Shown: in pieces, positions 1 to 17,168 of the stretch
Layout of the letters: each line of letters opens with the position of its first letter
Position numbering within the stretch: the stretch's first letter is position 1
Assembly (NCBI RefSeq): GCF_009914755.1
Contig: NC_060928.1
Origin: the human T2T-CHM13v2.0 reference genome, Homo sapiens
Length of the DNA stretch: 64,000 nt
Strand: one strand, 5' to 3'
Translations under genes and position numbers: made by a program
The notes under the pieces: generated by a model
What the model was told of the DNA's origin: nothing
Databases searched by the model: none
What the model saw: the letters and a program-made list of their open reading frames with translations, nothing else

Positions 1-609
1 CTGTTTTTTCAAAACTCCTTTGTTTTTCCTGCAATTAAAATAATCAGACCTCTGAACTTTCTTTGAATTAAGTAAGAATAAATAGCATGTTCAATGTAAT
101 ACATATAGCTAAAGGATGGTTTAGATGTTGGCATATTATCAAACATTCCAGAGCTCAGTTTGGCCCTGGTCCCAGGAATCCTGCTGCTTGCAATAGAAGA
201 GGCAGCCAGCTACTCTAGAATGATATTCATCACCTAGCAACTAATTAAAGCAACAGTGTGCTAGGGAATGAACCAAGCTGTCTAACCAAGATTAGAGACA
301 AAGAGAGAAAGAGCCTTAAGTTATTATTCTTTCAGTGCTATCAAAAATACGGTCTCTTACCAAGAATATGCAACCTGGGTGAAAAATTCAGAGAAATTAA
401 TCAGGACATTTACATTTATATTCCTAAGTCCATTCAGTAAGAAACCTCTATTGTGTAGATTTTCAAAAATTACATTTATTTAGTTTTTTATTTATCTAGT
501 AGCCTATTTACTTATGTATATATTTAAATAACTTCAAATTTGAATGCAAGCTTTATAAAAACTATGCAAGACGTATATAGCAAAGCAAGTTTCTGTATCT
601 GACACTTTT

Positions 610-1035
610 TGTGTTCTACCTCTTCTTTGCTTGGCATCAGCCACTTATTTGAAAAGTGGCTGACAGCTCTGTGCAGGATTCAACATAGCTTATGTTACAA
701 GTGTCTGGCCTTAAGCTAACACTAGGTCTCTTTCACCATAGATATGCCAGCTTGAACTTCAATAGCCCAGGATGCCTGGTAATAATGCCCCAATTGCCAA
801 TGCTCAACTAATGTAGGATGAAGGCGGGAGCTAAAGAATAAATGCCCTCCCCAGTCAATCCATTGTTGAGCAATTCTGAGAGTCATTCTCCAGGCTCCTT
901 TACAGGCCTAGAGAGGAACTCAGTGCCAGCTGCCTGCAGTTATGGCCTCAATATTGTACCCTTCTAGCAGTTTTCCCTCCTTCAGTTGCTTTTGCAAAGG
1001 CAGGGGGTAGGTAGTGCTAATAATTCAAGTTAAGG
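610..1035 (+). mobile_element. Old ERVL-class LTR, LTR33-like
   Basis: Resembles remembered LTR33 consensus (GCGGGAGCT..AATAAATGCCC..CAATTCTGAG..CATTCT..GGCTCC..CTCAATA..CCCTT..TTTCCCTCCTTC). Followed directly by ERVL-like internal sequence. Boundaries approximate. Confidence 0.55.
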
Positions 1036-2450
1036 CTCTTGGCACTGGTACTAGTCCTGGAAACAGATCCTCAGGATGCGCCTCTGGAAATAAAACACAT
1101 ACTGAGCAGACAAAAACAAGGACCTGACCCCATTTCTGGTGGTAAGTGAAGTGGTGATAACACCTGGCATATGGTAGTGTCACAATTACTAAAACTCACG
1201 CAGTTGAGAACATGGAATGAGTTTTAGGTGAAAGATAGAGCTGATAAAGCTGTGGGCTATGAGATAACTAAGGTAGTGGTATGTTATTTAAACATGGGAA
1301 ATTAGCTGATTTTTGTTAACTACTTTTGAAGTCTTGGAAAAATAAAACGGCAGGCTCGGGTCAGTTAACTATTAATTCAAAGTATTCAGAAGTCTTTTAG
1401 GGTAACTTTGAAACTACCCTAATCTCTTGCAGCTATAGTGCAATTTGTGCTGCAAATCAGTCCCAGAATTTAAATGTACATGTGGCAGAGTGGCAAGAAA
1501 GATTTATTGTGCAGCATCAATAGATCCCCTATGCAAAACTCCAAGTCTTAATGAGAATGGAGAGGAAACTTGTGTTCTGGAATGAGGAAAGCACTCTAGA
1601 TGATTTTAAAAATCTTGAAACCACAGTTTCCTTTGAGCACTATTGACACAGAGAAGACCTCTTACACTTGTCAGATGATTACAACCTCACTCATGCAGAG
1701 ACCTGGCAAAAATGATACTTGAGGCAGATGCTTTCCAACATGCTGCTGTTCTCCTCTGAATCATCTGCTTCGTCTACTCGTTGTTTTTATACCATCAGCA
1801 AGAGATGGATAATTCCACCTGTGTTTCAGAGGAAAACAGTAATTACTCCAAAATCATTGCAAGACTTCACCATTATTATACACGATAACATAATTATAAA
1901 TTTTGTAAATTATACTTTATACGTATAGGCAAAGACTAAAGGAAGACATATGGGTTGAATCATGAGGTTTATGAACCAAGGTAGGGGTTTAGAATATAAA
2001 ACTGGATAGAGAAGAATTTATTAATATGGAGCAATTTCTCATGTTTCAGGGATTAACTTCTGGCAAGCATAACTGGAACTTCTGATACACCACTGGAATG
2101 GATTATTAATACTAGGGTGCAAAATTGCCTAGAGTTAATGAGGTGGGAATGATATAACTGTCTTGGAGGAGTACTGTGGAAGGGTTTATTAGTTTAGTAT
2201 TTGTAGTAGATGCCTTTCCACCTAAATAGGAACCCTGGGAGATCCCCCAAGGAGATCACAAAGGCAATGGGGGAGGTACTGGTACCGCTATCATTGTCAG
2301 TAACCTTTTTGGTGGTTGTCCACTGTAGTGTAGGTGGGATCAAGGGTAGGAAATGCACTATTAACTGGGATCAATATCTTCAGTGAGGATGATAAGGTTT
2401 AGGAATAGGCAAGATTTTGTGATGACAATTATATATCAGAGGTGATATAG
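1036..2450 (+). mobile_element. Decayed ERVL-type (HERV16/ERV3-16A3-like) internal region, leader plus gag remnant
   Basis: Starts TTGGCACTGGTACTAGTCCTGGAAACAG. Blocks are homologous to the segments at 15067+ and 52850+ (e.g. GGAGAAGAATTTATTAATATGG vs GAAGAAGAGTTTATTGATTTGAG at ~17225). No intact ORF. Confidence 0.55.
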
Positions 2451-2729
2451 ATAATAGTACTTGTAAAGGTCCTAAGTTATAAATATATAGCAATGAACAA
2501 TAAATGGATACCCCATTTATAAGCATCAGCTACATCCGTGAAATAAAAATAATGTGGAGCAGCTATCTCTGTAAAATACTATTACTCTAAATATACACAT
2601 GTAATTTATATTTCAGAAATATCTGATATAAGAATTTTGAATTAGTCATGCATTTAATCTCAATGTAGATGCACAGATTTTAGCTATGCAATTTACTTAT
2701 TTTACGTGTTTAAAATCTCATTGTTAAAT

Positions 2730-3065
2730 TATGTGAATTGGTCAAGCTTAGGATATTCCACAGTAAAAATAAAAAACCTAAATAACTTATAGACTAATTT
2801 CAGTTAAGAGAGGGGCTGTGCTCAAGTAGGTAGACAGGTTGAGTAAGGCTTTATTTTGACACATTCTTCCATGATCAGGGGAGCAGCAAAAGAACACAGT
2901 GTATGATAGACAGCTTTCTAAATTTCCACCCAAAAGTTATCCTTGAAATGTCTCACATTTCATTGGCCAAAGCATGTCACATGACTGTGCTTGAGGTCAG
3001 CAGGGTAGAAATGTACAATCTTTGTCACCAGAGAAAAGGTGACTACCAAAATGATGTTGTGTACA
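2730..3065. mobile_element. Old MaLR LTR fragment (MLT1-type)
   Basis: MLT1-like motif TCATTGGCCAAAGCATGTCACATGACTG..GGGTAGAAATGTACAATC; highly diverged. Confidence 0.45.
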
Positions 3066-3103
3066 GTCACGCAATCTATTGTTTTTATTTTCAAAAGAGT
3101 TAA

Positions 3104-3475
<372 letters not shown>

Positions 3476-4331
3476 CCAAATTTCTTTAAGCAAAAATCAA
3501 CCAGAGTTTGAAAGACTGAAACAGGTCTAATTACATAGAAATAAGATATAAAATGAGTAAGCTCTTGTAGGTGCTAAGAGAAGTTTATGTGAAAATTAGA
3601 TAAAGGGCAAAGGCTCAGCAACTACAAGTATGCAGTCTCTTATTCACACTTCCAAAATACAAAGGGCTCTGACAACCACTTGGTATGAACATTTATACAT
3701 TTCCTTGCAGAAATAGTAGTGTGCTTGATTAAAGAGTATTGTTTAATACCACCCAAATTCTGGATTCCAAAACGTAGTTTTCCTTCAAAAGTTTTGGATA
3801 AGGTACAGAGAATTTCTGCTATCCTGGGTCAAAATCATCTTTAGGGTGGTGCTGGAAGAGTAATATGAGAACATGGTAACTGATGCCTTTTTCCTATGGT
3901 TTAAACTCAAGAATAGTGTGTATAACTGAAGCTGCACATTTGTCATGGTAAGGTATTATAACAAACATCTGGTGCTTCAAAACAACTTTGTCTCTTCCTG
4001 CAGTTGATAGTATGGAATGGATTCAGCCGGGAATGTTTTCTAATCACAGGGAGATACTGACAAGAGTATTGATGAGGGATATATTTGTAAAGGTCAGCGT
4101 AGGCCCAAGATATAATCTAATGAACAGGGAGTTCTCTGACTCCCTGGTGAAGATTATGAAAATAAAGAAGATGATGATGCTTTTTCTGATACTTAAGATG
4201 GTAATTTGGAAAGAGGTATTGGGAAGGGCAAGTCTTGGATGGGGTCATGACACATTTTCACAATTTATCTTTAACAATGGCTACTCTACCTGAAATAAAT
4301 GAAAGTAACACATGTAAAAATTTTTGTTTTA

Positions 4332-4735
<404 letters not shown>

Positions 4736-5693
4736 CATATAACTCAGTTTCCAGGCAAAATGGAGACCATGAGCTTAAAAAAACAAGAGATTTAAATATT
4801 TCTCTGACTGTGTGTATATAAAAATTATATATAATTACATGTACAAATACACAAATTCATATATATTACATATATGAATTATATATTAGAATCAACCCTG
4901 ATATACATATTTCATATTTTCTAATAAGTATTGATTTTAGTTATAATTACGTTACTTAAGTAATCTGCTAGAATTTATAAATAGCACTGGCAATCAATAG
5001 GTTTAAAAAAGCTCAATGTTTAAAAAAATTATATTAAATGCTCAAAATATCAGTGTTTCCATGTTTGGTTTATATATTTATGAACTTCCAACATCTTGCC
5101 TGTCCTATTTCACCTGACATATCTGTCATAATTTGGTTTTCAATTAGAAATTGACTCCATAAAATAACAGAAAAGACCCAGAAATATTTAGCCCCTACAG
5201 AATTCCCACGACCCGTTTTTGTTGCAGATAGTCTGATGACTGAGAGTATGTAAACAAGACTTCACTTTACTCGCTTGGGAGTGACGCTGCTGACAGGTCT
5301 GTGTTTGTGTGCAGACATGTGAGGTGTCAGCTCTTTTCCATGTAATAGTTTAAGCAGATTTTACAGAGTCTTGGCTCCCACTGGTCCTCAAATTCCTATT
5401 CTTCAGCTGTAGTGGCAGGCAAGCTGTGGGAAGTCTCCAGCACGACACACTGGACAGCTGTGAAAGGAAAACACCGTGTTTTTAAAATGGAAATCAACCA
5501 AGGAGAAAGACTTCAGGGGGTGATAGACTTGTTGATAGTTTAAGACCACCCTATAAGTTTCCCAAACTAATATAATTCCATTAACAGTTGTTCATCAGTA
5601 AATTCTCTAACAGGTTAGTTCAGGACACAAAAATGTGTCTCTGACATGACCCCTGAGGCTATATTTTTGGTGTGTTTATTTAAGTAAAGCAAA

Positions 5694-6110
5694 GTGTGTT
5701 CATTTCCTATTGCTACTGTAACAAATTGTCATAAATTTATTAACTTAACAAATTATCTTACTCTTCTGGAGATCTGAAGTCCAAATTATGTCTCATTGAT
5801 CTAACCTCAAGGTTTGGCATAGCTGACTGTGTAGAGGCTCTAAGGGGAGCATATGCGTCCTCGCCCTTTTTGGCTTCTAGAGGCCACCTGCAACCTTAGC
5901 TCATTTAATCATTTCAGTATCTTGCTTCCGTCATTACATCTACTGCTACCTTCTGATCTCCTCTCTCTCAATAAGGGCCTTTAGACTACACCCAGCCCAT
6001 CAGTTAACACAGAATATCTTCTCATCTCAGGATCTTTAATCCAATTATATCACAGGTTGCAAGGATTAGGATATGGATATCTTTGAGGGGATATTATCCA
6101 GCCTACCACA
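5694..6110 (-). mobile_element. MaLR solo LTR, MLT1D-like
   Basis: Runs from TGTGTTCATTTCCTATTGCTACTGTAACAAAT to GGATTAGGATATGGATATCTTTGAGGGG..CCTACCACA, matching the MLT1D reverse complement. Confidence 0.75.
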
Positions 6111-6195
6111 CTAACCAATGATAAAATGTGATAGCAGCATTAAAAAAAAAACACAAAAACAAAAGCTATCCTTGTAATCACATTTTTATATTTTT

Positions 6196-6282
6196 TGTCA
6201 GATGGATTTGTGTTTGAATGTAAGTATTCCCACTTACTAGCCATGTGACTAAGGAAATGTAATCAACATATCTGAGTTTCAG
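6196..6282 (+). mobile_element. MIR fragment
   Basis: GTCAGA..TTTGAAT..CCACTTACTAGCCATGTGACT..TCTGAGTTTCAG core. Confidence 0.55.
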
Positions 6283-6409
6283 AGTGTCTTCTCCCCTCTC
6301 AAGAGCTTGCCCTTTCCAATCCCTCTATCTACAGAAATTGCCTTCAAAGTATCAAGAAAGCCTTCAACATCTTTAGCTTTCTACAACTTTAGTTATTTAA
6401 GTTTATGCA

Positions 6410-7000
6410 TACATTTCTTGTGGAAGTATCAATCCACACAAACTTTCTGTAATGCAACTTAGGATGATATAGTGAAGCGGAGCATATGAATATATTATGA
6501 TCCAACAGTCTCAACTCTAGTTTTATATCCTACTACAACTCTTGAAAAATGTGCATCAGGAGAAACGCACACAATTCATGGCAATATTATTCATAATAAT
6601 AACAAATATTTAAACAGGGTAAGTGACCTTTTACTGTATAACAGACAAATAAATTACGATAAACTTACAAGATGGAATATCGTAAGCACTGAGAATGAAT
6701 AAACTACTACTACACAAGGCAGCATAGACAAATCTTAGAAAAATTGTATAAATTGAAGAAAAATAAAGTTGTAGAAACTAAAGATGATTATTCTTTATAA
6801 ATAATAAATGTGTATAAAGATAAACTTTATACAAGTTCAAAAACAAGCAAAACTGAGCACCGTATTGTTAGGCATTCAAAAATATGTGGTAAGCTATTTT
6901 ACAAAGACAGGAATAATAATCAATTGGGATAATCTATTGGGACAATGTTTTCAGGTGGTAGGGAAATATTATCAGGGAGGAACACGGAGTTTCCTTCAAC
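6410..7000 (+). mobile_element. Old L1M 3' fragment
   Basis: Degenerate L1 ORF2-end/3'UTR motifs (TATGATCCAACAGT..CTCTAG..TATATCC; ATGGAATAT..AGAATGAATAAACTACTACTACAC). Confidence 0.6.
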
Positions 7001-7067
7001 GATATGAGCAATTTGAACAGAATTTTAACACATATGGATTCGGTCTTGCCTGTATCTACTACCAATA

Positions 7068-7212
7068 TCTAGCTCCTTAAATTCAGTTTTTCAGTCATGT
7101 TAACCACATGTAAATGTTTGATAATACATGTGGCTAGTGGTTCCTGCATTGGAGAGAGCTGATTCTAGAAATACATTGCCATTATTGCAGAAAGTTATTT
7201 TGGACAGCACTA
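7068..7212. mobile_element. MER3-like hAT/Charlie MITE
   Basis: ACATGTGGCTAGTGG..ATTGGA..GCAGAAAGTT..TTGGACAGCACT typical of MER3. Confidence 0.65.
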
Positions 7213-7644
7213 TTATTCTGTTTAACCTAGATGTTCATTAAATATATTTTTCTACATCAAGTATTAAATAAGTGTTTCAAAATATAATGTCTTTTAACCT
7301 AGTAATCAATTTATTTGTATCTACATTTAAGAAATACTCTGAATTATAAACATTTTGAGCAAACATAATTGCAGTATTATTTCATTTTTTTAAAAAAAGA
7401 ACCCCTAAAGAGCTTACAAAAGGAAAATCTTAAAGCAATCATGAAGTTACAGCACTTCAAAAAATCTTAAGTTACAATAAATGAAAAGCCATTTTAATTA
7501 TTCGAGAAACTTTAGAAATAAATCAGTATACACAATTAAATATTTAGTGTATTCTGAGCTATACAATACAGAATAAAAAAGTTGGGAAAAACAATAACAA
7601 TAAAATTTATATTAATAATAAAATAAAATACCATTATGATGCTT

Positions 7645-7845
7645 TGGATGTGATAGATCCTATTTCAGGGTCTAACTCTATGCAGATTAAATGTGGTAGT
7701 CCCCACAATAACCTAACGTTAAAAGTATAATTTTTCTTTTTGAAATAATGAATATGAGGCACAGATCAGTTATTTAATTTGCCTAATGTCACACAGTTAG
7801 CAAGAATGAGTTGGAATGCAAATCCTGGCATTCTGGCTGTTAACT
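7645..7845 (-). mobile_element. MIR
   Basis: ATGAGGCACAGA..TTTGCCTAATGTCACACAGTTAG..GGAATGCAAATCCTGG..TCTGGCT core. Confidence 0.6.
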
Positions 7846-8125
7846 TCAAAGGGTTAAAACTGATACTAAGATATACAGTTATTTCATTTTCTTTTTACAA
7901 GAGTTTTAGGTGTGTGTGAAGTGGGTGGTGTGGGGACATGTATGCACCATCAATATTCAATGTAGTTTATGTGATCTACACAAGTATTTAGAAAGAAAAA
8001 TATAATAACATCACAGAACAGTTTGAGCATAGCAAAATAAAGGTGAGGCAATGACTGTGATAGAAAGAAGATGAAATACTTTTAGAATGATAACGTATAA
8101 CTGGAGACAATAAAGCATAACTTCA

Positions 8126-10602
<2,477 letters not shown>

Positions 10603-11119
10603 CCAAGGCACATTTTAAAGATGCAAACTTCATGAAGTCCTGAAATCAGTGATCATAATGGGATGTTTTATACACGCTATGTATTGAACTTTTGTTATGT
10701 CTTTCTACCAAACTGTTCAGAGTAGGATAATTGTAACAAAAAAGAAATTCCAGCAAAAGTTCTTTTTATTGAAATATGAATTTTGGATTAAATAACCATG
10801 ATTAGCCACCTCACATAATTTCTCTTACTCTGATCTCCACATGTTCCTGTTTAACTGACAAGTTAAAATAATTATATTCTTTTTTAAGTTCATTTATGTT
10901 ACAGAACATGAAAATTTCAATTTGAACATCTAAACCAAAATAAGTTAAGAACAACTTATAGTGTATAATTCACATATAATATTTTACATTTTTCTTTTTT
11001 CTTTTATGTGAGGGTGTATATATGTTTTCAATGTCTCTTTTATTTTCTAGTTCTAGAACCCCAAAAAACATTTTTTTCACACATTCACAGTTAGTCATCC
11101 TAAATTCTCTTTTCTTTTT

Positions 11120-14100
11120 TAATCTTTATTGAAATATACCACAAAAAGTGAAAAAAGCATAAATGTCAGTTTAATGAAATTCTACAAATAGAGCATGCTA
11201 CATAACTACAACCCAAATAAAGAACATTTTAGCAAAAAAGGCCTTTTTCAGATATCATTGATACTTCACCATAGATAATAACTATCATAATATTCTTATA
11301 CCAATATATGAAATTTATAGGAATGGAATCACAGAATATGTACTTTTTTGTGGCTGGCTAATTTTGTTTAATACTCTCGTTGTTATGGTCAATATTTTGT
11401 TGCATATAACATTAGTTTGTTTATTCTAATTCCTGTGTAGTATTACATTGTGTAAATGCACCATTTATCCACTCTAATTTGGATGGTTATTTGGGGAATA
11501 TCTAATTTTTTACTATTATAAGGAGCAGTGTTATAAAAATTCATGTACATGAAGTTAGAGAGTGTACATATACTTTTTTATTAATATAATCTTTGGAGTA
11601 AAATTCCAAGTTGATAGGGTACACATATGCTTGGCTTCGACAGATGCTGAAAGAAAAGTATCCAAAGAAGTAATAATGGCTTAAATGTCCATCAGTAGTG
11701 GGTGATAGTTGCAACTGCTCTACATTTTGCCAACACTTCATATTACATTGGTTTTTAATTTACATTTTCCCTGTACCCAGTAAAACTGAGCACCTATTCA
11801 TATGTTTATTGTGCATTGTATATCCTTGTATATGTAGTACCTGATTTAGATTTTTGCTTTTTCTTTTTTCAATTGGGTTTTTCATTTTTTTCTGCTTTTT
11901 AATTGATACATAATAGTTATACATATTTATGGAGTACATCCATTTTTGGTACATGCATACAATATGTAATGATCAAATCACAGTAATTGGGAAATCTGTC
12001 ACCACAAACGTTAATCATTTCTTTGTGCTGAAAACATTACAAATCTTCCTATCTATTTTGACATATACAATAAATTATTGTTAACTACAGTCATCCTAAC
12101 GTATGATAAAATACTGGAACTTGTTCCTTTTATCTAACTATATATATTTATCCATTAACTAACTTCTCTAACTAGCCCCTCATCCTTCCCTAATAAATTG
12201 TTACTATCATTCTACTCTCTACCTCCCATGATCATTTTGTTTCTTAGTTCCCACATAAGAGTGAGAATGTGTGATACTTATCTTTCTGTGCCTTGCTTAC
12301 TTCACTTAACATAATGTCCACACATAAGTTCCACACATGTTGCTGCATATGACAGCCTTTTATTCCTTTTATGGCTGAATAGTATTCCATTGTGTACCTG
12401 TACCATATTTTCTTTATCCATTTATCCATCGATGGATGCTCAGGTTGATTTCATATCTTGGTTACTGTGAATAGTGCTGCAATAAACATGGGAATGCAGC
12501 CATCTCTTCAATATTCTGATTTCCTTTCTTTTGGATACATTCCAAGAAAAGGGATTGCTAGATCATATATATGGTTGATCTATTTTTAGTATTTTCAGGA
12601 ACAGTATTTCCTGTTGCTATACCAATTTACATTTCCATCAACAGTGTAGGAGGGTTCCTCTTTCTCTGCAACCTTGCCAGTATCTGATATTGTCTGTCTT
12701 TTTGATAACAGCCACTCTAACCCAGGTGAGATGATATCTCATTGTGGTTTTGATTTGCATTTCCCTGATGACTAATAATGTTGAACATTTTTTCATATAC
12801 CTTTTGGCCATCTGTATACCTTGTTTTGAGAAATGTCTATTCAGATATTTCGTCCATTTTTGAAAGATTATTTGGGGTATTTTTGTTGAATTGTTTGAGT
12901 TTCTTATATATTCTGGTTATTAATCCCTTCTCAAATGGATAGCTCGCAAATTATTTTTTTCCATTCTGTGGGTTATATCTTCACTTTGTTGATTTGTTTT
13001 GCTATGCAGAAGGTTTTTAACTTAATGTAGTTCCATTTGGGAATTTTTGTTTTCTTTGATATTTGAAATCTCACTCAAAAAAATCTTTGCTCAGACCAGT
13101 ATCCTGAGTCTTTCCCCAGTGTTTTTCTCTAGTAGTTTTGTAGTTTGAGGGCTTCATTAAAACATTTAATCAAGTTTGATTTGATTTTTATGCATGTTGA
13201 GAGATAGGGGCTTAGTATCACTCTTCTGCATTAAGGGTATCCCATTTTCCCAGTAGCATTTACTGAAGAAATTGTCATGTTCTCTTCAATGCCTGTTCTT
13301 GGAACCTTGGTCAAAATGAGCTGGCTGAAAGTGCCTGGATTTATTTCTGGGTTATCTAACCTGGTCCGTGTTCTATATGTCTGTTTTTATGTTAGTATCA
13401 TGCTGTTTGGGTTAATATCACTTTTTAGAATATTTTAAAAGCATACCATGTGATGCTTCCAGCTTTGTTCTTTTGTTCAGAATTGCTTTGGTTATTCGAG
13501 GTCTCTTTTGGTTCCATACAAATTTTAGAACTTCTTTTTTTCTTTCTTTTTTTTTAACTTCTGAGAAGAATGTCCTGTGTATTCTTGATAGGGATTACAG
13601 TGATTCTATAGAACTCTTTTGGAAGTATGGACACTATAACAATGTTAATTCTTTCAATCCATGAACATGGAATATACTTCCATATTTTTTCAGTCAATTT
13701 TTCAGTCTCTTTGCTATTGATAACATGGTTATTTTATAAATATTTTATGTATATGTTTTGTTCAGCAGGTGTATGTCATACACACACACACATCATCATC
13801 ATCATCTTCCACTTTGTGACTTGTCTTTTAACTCTCCTTTTGTTGGTGTTTTGATAAATGTTAAGATCCTACTCTATAGTCTAAATTATCATTTTTAAAT
13901 ATAAATCCTTGTCTTCTCCAAGTCAATAATTTGTTCTTAAACATTTTCTTCTAAAAGTTTTCCTTCTTTCCTATTCATATTTAGATTTGAAATCCATCTA
14001 GAGGTAACTTTTCCTTATACTGCCAGTCTTATTGACAATAAATACCCTCAATTTTTCGCTTATTTGAAAATGTTTTTTGTTTCATCTTTGTAAAAGGATA

Positions 14101-14580
14101 TTTTTACTAAGTATACAATTCTACATTGGCAATTACATTCTTTTAGTGATTTAATAATGCATTTCATGTTTTCCAGCTGTCATTGTTTTTGATGTAAAAT
14201 TAGCTCTTCCTCTTGTGTTTGATCCTAGAATACATTGTCTTTATCCTCTGGTTACTTTTAACATTTCACTTTGGTCTTAATCTTCAGTAGTTTATATCCA
14301 GCACCAGAATATAACTCAATGTGGCTTTCTTTGAATTTATTTCATGCAGGGTTTGCTGAGCATCCTCAGTCATTTTGTGTTTTTTGTTTGTGTGTTGTAA
14401 AAAGTCTCAGACATTATAACTTCAAATATTGCTTTCATTCTAATCTCTTCTAGTCCTGTTACTCCAATTACATTTTAAATATGCTTTGATTTCTTCTCAT
14501 GCACTTATTTTGCTTTCCTTTCTTGTCTATTTTTGTGCATTGATTTAGTTATTTTCTATGTATGTTACGTCCAGGTTACT
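11120..14580 (-). mobile_element. Old L1M fragments, interrupted by a younger L1MA
   Basis: Minus-strand L1 3' end at 11120-11895 resumes collinearly at ~13700. ORF1-region-like fragment at 14020-14580. Confidence 0.65.
11896..13690 (-). mobile_element. L1MA 3' portion (about MA4), nested
   Basis: TTTTTAATTGATACATAATAGTT 3' end. ORF 12244-12429 is the ORF2 C-terminus (WIKKIWYRYTMEYYSAIK..FSLLCGN). Confidence 0.85.
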
Positions 14581-14616
14581 AAATCAATAATTTATACTTG
14601 CAAAAGTATAATGAAC

Positions 14617-15066
14617 TGTGTAATGAACACAAAATGCAGCTACCAGATTCTCTTCTAATGACTTGCTGCCTATTATCAGTACTTTCTGGCTTGACTTAGT
14701 TGCAAAAGGCTACTCCAGTGCAGGTGATCCCTTGGACTGCCTCAGTAGAACTTCTCCACAGAAGGGAACACCTGTACTAGGACAGACTATAATAATGATT
14801 GATGCAGATATAATGGCCCATCCATTTTGTCCCAAAATGGGACAACTCTGATGAAGCCTATTTAATGCTGACTTGTTTTTGGATTTGCCCTGTGTCTTTT
14901 CTGTGTCTACATGGCAAATTGATCTTTCACCATTTCTAATCCTATTTCTCCCCCTCTATTCCACCTGTGTGAATTCCTAGTAAATACTGTGCACACACAC
15001 ACACACACACACCTACACACACACATACACCTCAATATATCCTTCTTTAGAAACTAGACTGGGATG
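14617..15066 (+). mobile_element. ERVL LTR (LTR16-like) with internal (CA)n at 14991-15030
   Basis: TG start; AGTAAA followed by ..CTTCTTTAGAAACTAGACTGGGA end; abuts ERVL internal sequence. Confidence 0.45.
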
Positions 15067-15431
15067 AGTGACACTGAGAGAGATCAGAGAAAGAGGATTA
15101 CAAAATGGCATTTTAGAGCTGGATCACTCACAAATAATATGGCAATGAGGATTATATCTGTTGTAATAGAGGGAATTCAGAAAGCCCTTGGCACAATAAG
15201 GTAAATCCAATTGTTTAAATCCCAGTGGTATGAATTAGGATGATATATGCGTAGTAGAGAATGTACCAGCTATCTTGATATGTTGGATGTTTGAAAAGTA
15301 CAGGGGGAGTAACAAAATTATAAAGAAAATGATATTGGAGGGATATTGCTAAGCATTACACTCTGGAAAAAAAAATATGGAAAGCTCTAGGCAATTAACA
15401 GATTACTGAAAGCCAGGTGTAAAAACCACAG

Positions 15432-16198
15432 GGAAATGAGAAAATTTCCCTTGTCTCCCTTGTAGGGCATGTGATGGGGGTGTGGCTCGCTTCTTCAGTG
15501 CCACACTGCTCAAACCTCTAGGGGAGCATACAGACTGGCAGGCTGTGGGGCTCCAACTCCATGGCAGTGTCTAAGGGTGAATATTTACAGCTCCTGATGC
15601 CCGAGTGGGTATATGTTACAGGGTGCTCCTTTAGTTTAGCCATCCACAGCCAGCTTGTGTTAGTTAGCTCAAATAGACTCCTGCCTTATCACAAGGACAG
15701 AGGACTTTCTGTATCCTGGGGTTATGGAACTTGGCGTACCAGAAGAATCAATTAAAACGTGGGATTGGAAATGAGTGCAAGGTTTTATTGAGTGGAAGTA
15801 GCTCTCAGCAGATGGGGGAGCCAGAAGGGAAATGGTTTTCCCCTGGAGTCAGGACTTGCAGCCGCCCCAGCCAAATGCCGCATGGCTCTTCTGGTCAATG
15901 GCCTGCCAGTGTGCTCTCGACGTCCCCTCGATGTCCAGCCACTTGTATCTTCTTCTGCCGGTCCACTCCTCTCGACATCCAGCTGCTTGCTTCTCTGCCT
16001 GCTGGGGTCATGGAGTTTTTATAGGCACAGGATGGGGGTGTGGCAGGCCAGGGTGGTCTTGGAAAATGCAACATTTTGGCTTGAAGGGCAGGAGTGCCTG
16101 TCTTCACCTAGGTCTGTGGGCACAGGCCTGGGGGTGGAGCCCTAGCCAGGGACCTCGCCTTTCCCTTCCCAGCACTTCCCTGCCACCCTCTAATATCA
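15432..16198 (-). mobile_element. ERV1 solo LTR, LTR1/LTR28 group
   Basis: Reverse complement begins TGATATTAGAGGGTGGCAGGGAAGTGCTGGG..GGTCCCTGGCTAGGGCTCCACCCCC. TATA (TTTTTATAGG on +, ~16016) and polyA signal (TTTATT on +, ~15784). 4-bp TSD ACAG/ATAG. Confidence 0.75.
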
Positions 16199-16760
16199 AT
16201 AGGGCCTGCCCGATAGGTTAGAAAGAGACTTTCACCTTCTATAACAGAAGAACATACAGATCTAATGACTAGATCCAGGACTTGATCAAGTGTTAGAATG
16301 CCACAGATGGTTCGATAGGTAATCAAATTGGTCTTTCTCTTTGCATCAGTGTCAGCTTTAGAAAAAATAGGACCTTGACAGTTGAAATGGGATATCAGGT
16401 AAATTCCTCTGGATATTGTCAAATTTCAGTTGATTATCGTCATTCTTCATATTTTCAATTTGCTCTTAGCTCTGACCTAAGGAGTTTTGTCTCACTCCTT
16501 CCACTTAGATTAAGTACTCCCAATTTGCTTTGGGACACTGCATAAGCCTCTCATCTGCAGGCAATGTCTGTCATTTTTGGAATATGCTCATGATTCCTCT
16601 CCCAGCCACTAAGCCATAACTATGGCAAACTTCCAGCATAACCCAGACAGCATTCTGCCAACTGCTGATCCCGATAAGAGAAGAAAAGGATTATACCTCA
16701 AAAGAGCTGAGGACTTGGCCAAAATATATTTTAGGGGACTGGAAAAGTACATGCATGAAT

Positions 16761-17168
16761 TGATATAGTTTGGTTGTTTGTTCCCTCCTTCCAAATCTTA
16801 TGCTGAAATGTGATCCCCAATGTTGAAGGTGGGACCTAGCGGGAGGTGTTGGATCAAAGGGGGAGATCCCTCATGAATAGCTTAGCGCCATCCCCATGGT
16901 GATGAGTGATTCTTGCTATTAGTTCATGTAAATCTGGTTGCTTAAAAGAGTCTGCTCTCTCTCTTGCTGCCCCCTTCTCCATGTAATATGCCTCATCACT
17001 CTTTGCCTTCGCCAGGAATGGAAGCTTCCTGGGGCCCTACCCAGGAGCAGATGCCAACACCATGCTTTCAGTGCAGCCTGCAGAACTTTGAACCAAAATA
17101 TGTCTATTTTCTTTATAATTTACCCAACATCAAGTATTTCTTTATAGCAACATAAATGGACTAACACT
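16761..17168 (+). mobile_element. MaLR solo LTR, MSTB-like
   Basis: TGATATAGTTTGG..CCAAATCTTATG..CTTTATAGCAAC..GGACTAACAC; 5-bp TSD TGAAT/TAAAT. Confidence 0.85.

Noticed and set aside
3560-4290. 101-aa ORF at 3988, or a minus-strand retroviral pol remnant
   Set aside because: The ORF has a TTG start and no recognisable domain. Only a faint RT-like trace appears near 4130-4155, too weak to call without an HMM search.
15561-16422. Cluster of overlapping 64-129 aa ORFs suggesting a gene
   Set aside because: They lie in or overlap a GC-rich solo LTR where stops are rare; no recognisable domain or splice structure.
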